Shown: piece by piece, positions 9,672 through 17,067 of the stretch | Position numbering within the stretch: position 1 is the stretch's first letter | Layout: the number at the start of each line of letters is the position of its first letter | NCBI GenBank assembly: GCA_037381445.1 | Contig: JARRQT010000037.1 | Coordinates: 1 to 17,682 of the forward strand | DNA from: Calditrichia bacterium | Lineage (GTDB): Bacteria > Calditrichota > Calditrichia > RBG-13-44-9 | Length of the DNA: 17,682 bases | Direction: 5' to 3' | Notes under the pieces: model-generated | What the model saw: only the letters and a program-made list of their open reading frames with translations | What the model was told of the DNA's origin: nothing | Databases searched by the model: none | Program-made: the position numbers and the translations under genes

Positions 9672-10718
9672 ATGATACCTTATAAAGCGGAAACAAAAAT
9701 GCAGGAACTGGCACTTTTAAAAGAAAGATTGGCGGCCTTTTTTAATTCGGATGATTTCGCTATCGAACCACTTAAAAACGGGGCTTCGGTCCGCCGCTAT
9801 TACATCATCAATTTCAATTCCAAAATCTACTTTCCCCGGCGGCAGGTCATTCTGATGCTGATTCCCGCGGACAGGCTGGCAATGGCCGACGATTATCTGA
9901 ACATCAGTTATTATTTTCGCCGCCGGAAGATACCGCGGCCGCGTTTGTATGAAATTCACCGGGAATACGGCTGGATATTTTTGGCCCCGGCTGCCGGCGA
10001 ACAACTGGACCAGTATCTCAGGGAGCATCCCGAAGAGAAAAAGCACATCTATCCCGGAATTATCAATTTTCTGATTGAGGTCCAGAAACGCGCCGAATAC
10101 GAAAAGCACTGCCCTGCTTTTCTGCGATTTTTTGATGCTGACCAATATCTCTACGAATTCGATTTCCATGTCAGAAATCAGTTGCTGAAGCACTTTTACA
10201 GGCACAAACTTTCCTTTTCAGAAAATGACATTTTCAATGAATGCGTAGCAGAAATCAGTAATGTCCTTGATTCCAGGCTGCCGGTATTTGTGCACCGCGA
10301 TTTCCAAAGCAGCAACATATTTTTTAATAAAAACAGCTCCGGACTTCCTTTTCAGATCATAGATTTTCAGGACGCCCGCAGCGGAAGCCTGACCTATGAC
10401 CTGGTCTCCGTTCTGTGGGATTCCTATGTTGAAATTCCGTCAGACCTGCGGGAAGAGCTGGTCGAAAAATTCTTTGCAGATCAGCCCCTGGTTCAAAAAC
10501 ATTTTTCCCTGCAGGATTATCAAAAAGCTGTGGACTATACCATAATCCAAAGAAAGTTGCATGATGCGGGGGCTTTCGTCTACACCAGTCAATTGCTGCA
10601 AAATGATGCCTATCTGCCGTATATCGATGGGGCTGTTTCCATGGCGCTGGAAACCATGGACAGATACGAATCATTTAAAAAAGCGGGAGAGTTTCTGAGA
10701 AAAATACGAGGAGAATAA
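9672..10718 (+). CDS. Aminoglycoside-phosphotransferase-fold kinase, AmgK-like (putative anomeric MurNAc/GlcNAc kinase)
   Basis: Motifs ASVRRYY, HRDFQSSNI (starting at 10293), IIDFQDARSG and YDLVSVLWD match the AmgK/APH family. The start is probably ATG 9672 or ATG 9699 rather than TTG 9633. Confidence 0.8.
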   Translation: MIPYKAETKMQELALLKERLAAFFNSDDFAIEPLKNGASVRRYYIINFNSKIYFPRRQVILMLIPADRLAMADDYLNISYYFRRRKIPRPRLYEIHREYGWIFLAPAAGEQLDQYLREHPEEKKHIYPGIINFLIEVQKRAEYEKHCPAFLRFFDADQYLYEFDFHVRNQLLKHFYRHKLSFSENDIFNECVAEISNVLDSRLPVFVHRDFQSSNIFFNKNSSGLPFQIIDFQDARSGSLTYDLVSVLWDSYVEIPSDLREELVEKFFADQPLVQKHFSLQDYQKAVDYTIIQRKLHDAGAFVYTSQLLQNDAYLPYIDGAVSMALETMDRYESFKKAGEFLRKIRGE

Positions 10719-10720
10719 CT

Positions 10721-11587
10721 GTGATTAAAACAGTAATTTTTAAACTCGAGGGTGTCATTCTCAGTCAGGATCTGCTTCTCTTTAAATATTATCAGATACT
10801 ATGGAGCTATCTGCGCGTGCAGCCGGAATGGAAGGATTTTTCCCAGTTGATTAAATTGCGGAATCTTCTGATGCAAAGAAACGGGGAAAGTGAGATATAT
10901 TTGAACATTGCCAGACGGTATCTCTCCCAACCGGATTTTGAAAGATATCAGCTGGAGATCAAATTATTCCGGCAAAAGCATTCCGCCTCCTACCTGCATA
11001 TCATTCCCGGAATACGATCGATCATACAAAGCACCAGTTATTATTATAAAAACGCCTTATTTACCCACCAGAAAGCGCTGCTTAAACTTGTCAGAAAAGA
11101 CTACAAATTAAATAACCTGTTTTCTTTCATTATTCCGCCAGACATGGTGCGGGACATGGAATACGATGCCGGATTCTTCCAAAAAATACTGGAGCAAACC
11201 CGTTCAAACCCGTCGGAAACGGTTATGGTGAGCGACCGGAGCGATGCCGAAATGTCTTCTGCCCAGAAATTGGGGATTTACACAATTTCAGCCAACTTCG
11301 ATATCACCACCCGGGGAATTTCTCCCCAGAGTTCCGACGAACGGGAGTATTTCACGCTCCCGGAAAAAAGAATCTCACACCAGCCTTCGTTATTGATAAG
11401 AAGGGTGACCGCCCACGCCGTTGCAAAAAAACCGAGAGATATTCTGCTGATTATTGAGGCACTGGAAGCCGGGGAAAAACCACCCCGGCAGGAAGAGCAA
11501 CCACAGGCAGAAAAACAATACACCCTGGCGGATCTCCTTAGAGAAGCATTTGCGCCCCAATTCAAAAATGACCGCAAATCGGACTAG
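10721..11587 (+). CDS. HAD-superfamily fold protein with degenerate catalytic motifs
   Basis: MIKTVIFKLEGVI resembles motif I (hhFDxDGhh); FFQKILEQTRSNPSETVMVSDRSDAEMSSAQKLGIYTI resembles the motif III-IV region. GTG start two bases after the kinase stop, with RBS GAGGAG. Confidence 0.78.
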   Translation: MIKTVIFKLEGVILSQDLLLFKYYQILWSYLRVQPEWKDFSQLIKLRNLLMQRNGESEIYLNIARRYLSQPDFERYQLEIKLFRQKHSASYLHIIPGIRSIIQSTSYYYKNALFTHQKALLKLVRKDYKLNNLFSFIIPPDMVRDMEYDAGFFQKILEQTRSNPSETVMVSDRSDAEMSSAQKLGIYTISANFDITTRGISPQSSDEREYFTLPEKRISHQPSLLIRRVTAHAVAKKPRDILLIIEALEAGEKPPRQEEQPQAEKQYTLADLLREAFAPQFKNDRKSD

Positions 11588-11602
11588 CACCGGCGTGAAT
11601 GC

Positions 11603-11678
11603 ATCAAGTAGAAGAAGGAGGATTTAGGCCCTCTGACCTGTCACCCCACCGTATGAACGGTTGCGTATACGGCGGTTC
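11603..11678 (-). ncRNA. Group II intron catalytic domain V and domain VI (class C type)
   Basis: Short DV hairpin with CGC triad; candidate branch-point A seven nt from the 3' end (11609); terminal ...TTGAT resembles the usual CTCGAT ending. Confidence 0.85.
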
Positions 11679-11855
11679 ACAAACCATATTGAAATGCGGG
11701 TATTTTATCCAGCAATGAAACCTGACCAAGCTGATTAAAGAGTCGGGGAATGCATGGTTTGTATGTGATGCACTGGTATTCCATCACAGGCCTCGCCCGT
11801 TAGTGGCAGATTGCCATGCCCGTTGTTAGCTAAGCCCATATCGAATCAGATTCCT
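11603..11855 (-). mobile_element. Decayed 3' fragment of a group IIC intron (maturase C-terminus plus domains V and VI)
   Basis: Minus strand reads RNLIRYGLS*QRAWQSATNGRGL*WNTSASHTNHAFPDS/FNQLGQVSLLDKIPAFQYGL* (two internal stops, one frameshift, stop at 11677-11679). It is followed by domain V GAACCGCCGTATACGCAACCGTTCATACGGTGGGGTG and a domain VI ending CTACTTGAT at 11603. Confidence 0.88.
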
Positions 11856-11918
11856 GGGAGGAGTTATGCGGGATAGGGACATCCGGGAGTCAGGTGAGCA
11901 GTCCGGCCAGCGAACTGG

Positions 11919-12170
11919 ATGGATGAAGAAATCGAATCACGCTTTTCGGTTTATTATCTTCCCGAATCACACCGCAGACGAATGAAACCAATCAATATGC
12001 TGGAGCGGTTCGATCAGGAATCAGAACGCCGGAGCCGCTTGATCCGGATATTTCCCAATGAAGAATCATGTCTACGGTTAATGGGAGCAATGTGCCTCGA
12101 ACAATCGGAAGAGTGGGAGACAGACGGAGTTCTATTTAACTTTTACAAAAACATCAATTCAAAGAATTAA
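11919..12170 (+). pseudogene. Truncated IS256-family transposase (C-terminal 83 aa only)
   Basis: ORF-track peptide; the N-terminal region carrying the first two DDE aspartates is absent. Confidence 0.85.
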
Positions 12171-12243
12171 ATCAGGAATGGATATGGCAAGCAGATCTCA
12201 ATCTGGTTTCCGCTACGCTTCAGCCAGGTTGATTAACAAACTT

Positions 12244-12271
12244 GAATTTACACAAAAATTTGGACCCGACT
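12244..12271 (+). repeat. Putative IS256 right terminal inverted repeat (no partner seen in window)
   Basis: Reverse complement AGTCGGGTCCAAATTTTTGTGTAAATTC has the GTC..N..TGTGTAAA pattern characteristic of IS256-family ends. Confidence 0.7.
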
Positions 12272-12316
12272 ATTTTTCGGGGAAATAAACTCAGTGGTAA
12301 TCGATTATTCATATGC

Positions 12317-14725
12317 CTAAAAATTGTATTCGTACCGTGCAGAATAGATATAATCCTGATAATTCCTGTCGCCGCTGAAGCTTAGAATGTCTGCGGCCAG
12401 TCCAATGCTTCCCAGGCTTGGAATTGAATAATTGGCCCGGAGATTAAAGTAGTTGCGATTATAATTCAGCGATGATGATGCAATTTTGTATATGGAAGTT
12501 AATTTTCCGACCTGTGCATAGGCGCGGATTGACAACTGGTCGGTGGTAAGTATATTTTTAAAGGCATACTGGATACCACCCCCGAAGCTGGTCAGGTCCA
12601 GAGAACTTCCCCGCGGAGTAGCGGTCCCGGTTTCGCTCTGCTGTAGCACAAATTCGATAATGGTTTGCAGGGGAATATTATACTCGGTGCGGACATTCAA
12701 AGCCATATAATCAGAACTGCTTTCCGAATAATTGTAAATATCAGTCCGCCGGTAACTCGTGAGATTCAGCCCGGCCCGATTTTTATATTTCAAAAAATTA
12801 AACCGGTATCCGGTTGAAAAACTGATGGAGTTTGTCTGATTGTTTTCCGGCCGGTAGAGGATGGACCCGATGGAATCGGTTGGCAGATCATTTTCCCTAT
12901 TATAATTATTGTAAGCGAGCGACAGCTCGGGGAAATTGCCCAGCGGAAAATAGGATATATTCACATAAATATTACGATTTGTGGTTGTTGTCGTTTTCAG
13001 ATTTTGCAGATTATCATGATACTGCCGGTATCCGAGATTCAGAAAAACCTGATTTTTCAGCAAGGTCATATTGTCAGAAATATTGAAGCCGCGATTATCC
13101 CGCAGCAGGTAGGGCTGCCCCAGACTGTAATATCCCTCATCCACCGATTCATACGTCAGATTCAGGTTATTTCTGAAGTAGCGCACCTGTATGTTGACCC
13201 GGTATGCCAGACCGGGACGCAGATTGAGAAATTGATTTGCGGTTATAAAGTTCTTCACAAAATTATAGTAATTTTTTTCGCCCGCCGAAATATCTTCAAT
13301 TACGCTGCTTAGTGAATCGAAAGCCATTGTGCCGCCGCGAATATTGCGGTTGTAAGCGCTCACATTGAAATTTCCCTGAAGCACAATCCGCTGCTGGTCC
13401 ATTCCGAGGAACAGATCCGCCCCCGCGGCGGCATTTTCTTTGGGGTCGGTTCCGTAAATGATACTGCTGGTATCATCAGCACCCTTCAAAAAAGTGAGTC
13501 CCAGCCTGAAATTATCCCCGGCCCCAAAACTGGGACGGATTGCCAGAATGTCCCGCTTGAAGGTGCCGCCTCTTTCCACCACAACCCGGTTGTTCCCCGA
13601 AGCAGTATCTGTTTCTGTCCGACCGTATCCTTCCACAGGCCGCAGGGTCTCTCCGTAGGCAAAATCCAGATTCATAAATTTCAAATTCAGGGAAGCCAGC
13701 CCGCCGCGAACCAGAATATTCTGCAAAATCAGGGGACTAAAATCTGGGTAAGCGTCTCCCGCATTGAGCCGTATGAAGCGATGGTTCCAGAAATCAAATC
13801 GCACAAAACCGGAAAAACGGTTCACATGCTGCCGTCCGATTTGCTCCTGGTTGCTGAGATATGCCCTGCCCCCAAACCGCAGGCTGGAATAATTTCCCTG
13901 GAACTGAAGAGCCCCCTGGTTATAGTCGGCCACCGATAACCCGCTCCGCAGATTCTCGCGGCGGGCTTCGGCGAAAAAACTGCCGGACAAATTGAAGGCA
14001 CTCTCACTGGCCTGCGTGACGCGCGGAGGAGTCGCCGTGAAAGACCATTCCCGGCTGGCGATCAGATCGGAGTTGCTGTCATACAATTCCAGCCGGATTT
14101 TGTGCTGACCCAGCGGCACTTTTTTGGGAGCAAATGTCACAAAGTCCGAAAATTTCGCCAGGTATTTTGAAACATCCCAGGTGTCCAGATACATCTTTGA
14201 TTTTTCAACATCCACCATGGTAGAAAACCGGGCGAAGGAGGCCGTAATCACCACATCATTGGCCGAGACCCGTGTCTCGGGGTCAGGATTAACAATGACA
14301 ATATCATCTCCATAGTTTCGCATTTGCTGCACGGCGGTGCGGTAAATATTGCTGAGGGGCGCCCCGCCGGGAAATGGTTCCTCGCCGCCGTCCATGTAGC
14401 GGATAATAAAATAGTATTCCACCATTCCGGTTTCGGACTGATCCAGCCTGAGATTTGCATAATATCTGAAACCTTCATTATTCATGGACCGTGCACGGAA
14501 GTGGCTGTCGTCAGAATATTTGTAAAGCACCTGAATCTCTCGGATGGACGAACCAGAAAAGTTGGAAATGGTCAGCTCCAGCGGCAGATAGGCACTGTTT
14601 TTCAAAATGCTTACGCGGTCGAATTGAATATCGACGCCATTCCGGCCAAACAGCGGCAGAGATGTCAGCAGCGCGAGTACCAGCACCGGCAGGCCAAAAT
14701 TTTTATTTGTCAATTTTATTTTCAT
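12317..14725 (-). CDS. Hypothetical outer-membrane protein: signal peptide, two predicted Ig-like domains, large C-terminal beta-barrel
   Basis: 802 aa with a signal peptide. Residues ~45-230 show beta-sandwich patterns (VLYKY...M...YYA...VEYYFI; LGQHKIRLELYD...WSF). Residues ~240-802 are alternating, aromatic/Asn/Gly-rich strands. It ends in YIYSARYEYNF with terminal Phe, a typical beta-signal. Confidence 0.75.
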   Translation of the reverse strand: MKIKLTNKNFGLPVLVLALLTSLPLFGRNGVDIQFDRVSILKNSAYLPLELTISNFSGSSIREIQVLYKYSDDSHFRARSMNNEGFRYYANLRLDQSETGMVEYYFIIRYMDGGEEPFPGGAPLSNIYRTAVQQMRNYGDDIVIVNPDPETRVSANDVVITASFARFSTMVDVEKSKMYLDTWDVSKYLAKFSDFVTFAPKKVPLGQHKIRLELYDSNSDLIASREWSFTATPPRVTQASESAFNLSGSFFAEARRENLRSGLSVADYNQGALQFQGNYSSLRFGGRAYLSNQEQIGRQHVNRFSGFVRFDFWNHRFIRLNAGDAYPDFSPLILQNILVRGGLASLNLKFMNLDFAYGETLRPVEGYGRTETDTASGNNRVVVERGGTFKRDILAIRPSFGAGDNFRLGLTFLKGADDTSSIIYGTDPKENAAAGADLFLGMDQQRIVLQGNFNVSAYNRNIRGGTMAFDSLSSVIEDISAGEKNYYNFVKNFITANQFLNLRPGLAYRVNIQVRYFRNNLNLTYESVDEGYYSLGQPYLLRDNRGFNISDNMTLLKNQVFLNLGYRQYHDNLQNLKTTTTTNRNIYVNISYFPLGNFPELSLAYNNYNRENDLPTDSIGSILYRPENNQTNSISFSTGYRFNFLKYKNRAGLNLTSYRRTDIYNYSESSSDYMALNVRTEYNIPLQTIIEFVLQQSETGTATPRGSSLDLTSFGGGIQYAFKNILTTDQLSIRAYAQVGKLTSIYKIASSSLNYNRNYFNLRANYSIPSLGSIGLAADILSFSGDRNYQDYIYSARYEYNF

Positions 14726-14811
14726 TAATTATTTGCTCCGGGACTAATCTCCGCCCATATGATGTAGCTCTCCCTGTTATCTGCCGGCAATGTGAGTAAG
14801 TCCGATGTGAA

Positions 14812-15507
14812 TCAGGGTTCCTCGGTATAATCAATTCTCATTTTTTTGACCTGACCGGCAGGATCTCTGAATTCAATTTCAATGATCTTGGCGCCTTCAT
14901 TTCCTTCTGTGAAGGCCGGTATTTCCTCTTTGTTCGTCAGCCTCATCTCGGGCAATTCCTTGCTGGAAGAATAAACCGCGGTCTGGCCGGAGCGCAAAAG
15001 GACCCGGCCGGCATCATTGCTCAGATCAACCAGCCCTTCGATTCCAATATACATGGTGCGCCCGTCCGCGAACTGGATTACATAAAACTGCGTCCCTTTC
15101 ACCGAAGCCACCGAGGTTGGCGTGGTGATATGGAACTGTCCGCGCTGCTTGAACAGGCTCGCAAAAACAGTTCCGCTTTCAAGTATAATGTTCTTATTAA
15201 TGAAGTCCTTTTCAAGGTCGCCCTCAATCGTGCAAACGGAGTTTTCTTTGATTCTCAAAAGGCTCTTGTCATCGACGAACTTGATATCGCACAAAGAGCT
15301 GCCGCTGGTCCGCAGTTTATCACCGCTGAAAATGACGGTTCCGTTTTTGACCGGCTCCGGTTTAGGGGATTTATCATTTGTCATCTCCACCCTGCCGATG
15401 ATTTTGACCACCACCGCTACCGGGTCAGCCGCGCGAGAGCCGATTACGGATATCAATATTATTAGAATGACAGGAAACATCAACCTGGCATGAATCATTT
15501 CGGGCAT
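14812..15507 (-). CDS. Secreted FecR-domain protein
   Basis: FecR-like motifs GDKLRTSGSSLCDIKFVD, LLRIKENS, LESGTVF, FHITTPTSVASVKGTQFYV, IEGLVDL and VLLRSGQ; hydrophobic signal-like N-terminus ending SRA/ADP. Start uncertain (15507, 15498 or 15480). Confidence 0.85.
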   Translation of the reverse strand: MPEMIHARLMFPVILIILISVIGSRAADPVAVVVKIIGRVEMTNDKSPKPEPVKNGTVIFSGDKLRTSGSSLCDIKFVDDKSLLRIKENSVCTIEGDLEKDFINKNIILESGTVFASLFKQRGQFHITTPTSVASVKGTQFYVIQFADGRTMYIGIEGLVDLSNDAGRVLLRSGQTAVYSSSKELPEMRLTNKEEIPAFTEGNEGAKIIEIEFRDPAGQVKKMRIDYTEEP

Positions 15508-15517
15508 ACGGATCGAT

Positions 15518-16699
15518 CTATTCAATGGTAATCTTATCAATTTTTGCTTTGTTTCGATTTATTTCAGCAACCAAATCCAGAAGCAATTCCGGTTTTGCCG
15601 GACTGCCATTCAGCGTAAGTTTTCCGGTTGGTTCATACCCCTGCAAACCCCGCATATAATCGTTGTAGCGGTTACCCAGGATCTGCTTCAAATAAACGAG
15701 AATTAAATTTGACTCCGATGAAGATTGTGCTGGTTTCGACAATCGAAACCGAAAGACTTCGCTGTTAATTGTGGTTTCGCCGGAGGTTGTCATTACCTGG
15801 CCCTGAACATGCCAATAATAAACCGAACCCGGCTCCATTGGCCTGACAGGCCCCACGCTTTTTCCGATCACCGCTCCATCCTGACCATAAAAAATGAGGG
15901 GAGAAGAATCCGGAGGATACTGAAATATTTTATTTGGATATCCTTCTATGTGCAAAACTGGATCGTGTGCCAAGACGTCCTGTATGGCCTCATCGGCAGG
16001 GTATTTTTTAAAAACAAAAAGATTGAATGTCACTGCATCCGACTGCCAGAAAAAATAGGGGAAATCTACTGCAATATTTTCAATATTTCCCGAATCCGCC
16101 CGGTTTCCGGGATAAAGCGGCTTAATGGTGGTTGGATTTGAAATGGTCAGAATGTTATCCGCCGGATTCTTATCCGGAACAGTTAGCTGGCTCCCATTTT
16201 GCTGAACTGCCGCTGTTACCGAAAAAATATAGCGCCCCGCCGGCAGCTTTCCCGTCGAGAACACTGCGCTCTGCATGTTTTTTATTCTTCCGAAATTTAT
16301 TGAATAATCGTTAAGCCGGACGGGCGAACCGACCGGCAGGCCGTTCTGATCCCTGATGACCGCCGCTCCCATATCCAGTTGTTCGTTGCTGAAAATATTA
16401 GTACTGTGGGGGGGCAGCTGAAAAGTATTGGAACGGGAGGTGACAAATTCAATGCCTTCCAGGGAAATGGCAAAGTTGAAGGACATGGACACGGGCGCAT
16501 CGCCGTCATTAGCCAATTCCAGCCGGAACAGATTCGGTGTGTTCTGAAATCCCGAAAAATTAATATCGCCGCTGTAGAAGACCCGGGCATTGGGATTTGA
16601 TACTGTCAGATCCACAGATACGGACGTCAACTGGGCCGTTGCTTTCTGCGACAACAGAAGGCAAATCCCCGCCAGCAGCCACGGGAGACAAAATTTCAT
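15518..16699 (-). CDS. Hypothetical secreted protein with predicted beta-sandwich (Ig/FN3-like) domains
   Basis: 393 aa; signal peptide ending ATA/Q; RBS GGAGGA; motifs GKLPAGRYIFSV, PTTIKPLYPG, PYFFWQS, MEPGSVYYWHVQG and SEVFRF resemble FN3-like modules. Confidence 0.8.
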   Translation of the reverse strand: MKFCLPWLLAGICLLLSQKATAQLTSVSVDLTVSNPNARVFYSGDINFSGFQNTPNLFRLELANDGDAPVSMSFNFAISLEGIEFVTSRSNTFQLPPHSTNIFSNEQLDMGAAVIRDQNGLPVGSPVRLNDYSINFGRIKNMQSAVFSTGKLPAGRYIFSVTAAVQQNGSQLTVPDKNPADNILTISNPTTIKPLYPGNRADSGNIENIAVDFPYFFWQSDAVTFNLFVFKKYPADEAIQDVLAHDPVLHIEGYPNKIFQYPPDSSPLIFYGQDGAVIGKSVGPVRPMEPGSVYYWHVQGQVMTTSGETTINSEVFRFRLSKPAQSSSESNLILVYLKQILGNRYNDYMRGLQGYEPTGKLTLNGSPAKPELLLDLVAEINRNKAKIDKITIE

Positions 16700-16727
16700 C
16701 CGGTATCCTCCGCTTCAAATCGGTTCT

Positions 16728-16757
16728 AATATAACAATAAATAATCGATTATCTCAA
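16728..16757 (-). promoter_or_regulatory. Putative sigma70 promoter of the three-gene operon, with palindrome ATAATCGATTAT in the spacer
   Basis: Minus strand TTGAGA (16757-16752), 18-nt spacer, then TATATT (16733-16728) preceded by an extended -10 TG; lies 28 nt upstream of the ATG at 16699. Confidence 0.6.
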
Positions 16758-16955
16758 TTTTTTATTACAAACGCCCGGCGGGGCCAAATAGTCCGCATCA
16801 CCCGAAAAGTCGTTGCGAAAATCAAACAATTTTGAGATGAGAATAAAGAACATCCCCCAAAATGAAGGAATAGTGGTAGAACTGATCAGCGGATATTTAA
16901 ACCAATTCCTCTAAAACGGTCCTCACCGATGAAGCTGGTACGTCACACTAAATCC

Positions 16956-16986
16956 AAAAAGCATCTTTTCCATCAAATGGAAACGC
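16956..16986 (-). terminator. Possible intrinsic terminator downstream of the glycosyltransferase
   Basis: Minus strand GCGT-TTCCAT-TTG-ATGGAA-AAG-ATGC followed by TTTTT; bulged, moderately weak stem. Confidence 0.35.
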
Positions 16987-17067
16987 CGCCATTAAGTTCC
17001 GGGAGCAGATTCGCACAGAAAGCAATAATCAGTACGGTCATTTCATTCGGGAGAGAGAAGACTAAGC

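Larger units (their letters stand above)
11904..12271 (+). mobile_element. IS256-family insertion sequence remnant (transposase C-terminus plus right terminal inverted repeat)
   Basis: ANWMDEEIESRFSVYYLPESHRRRMKPINMLERFDQESERRSRLIRIFPNEESCLRLMGAMCLEQSEEWET matches the IS256/mutator transposase C-terminus (..TNxLERxNxExKRRxRxxxIFPNxxSxLRL..). The downstream GAATTTACACAAAAATTTGGACCCGACT resembles IS256-type ends. Confidence 0.88.

Noticed and set aside
11603..11855. Reverse-transcriptase relic as a retron, DGR or CRISPR-associated RT
   Set aside because: The adjoining DV/DVI and maturase-type tail identify a group II intron; no template/variable repeat pair, msr-msd or repeat-spacer array was seen.
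14741..14803. Possible structured RNA or riboswitch between the FecR gene and the barrel gene (GGACT...AGTCC)
   Set aside because: Only a short, interrupted stem and no match to riboswitch consensus sequences I know.
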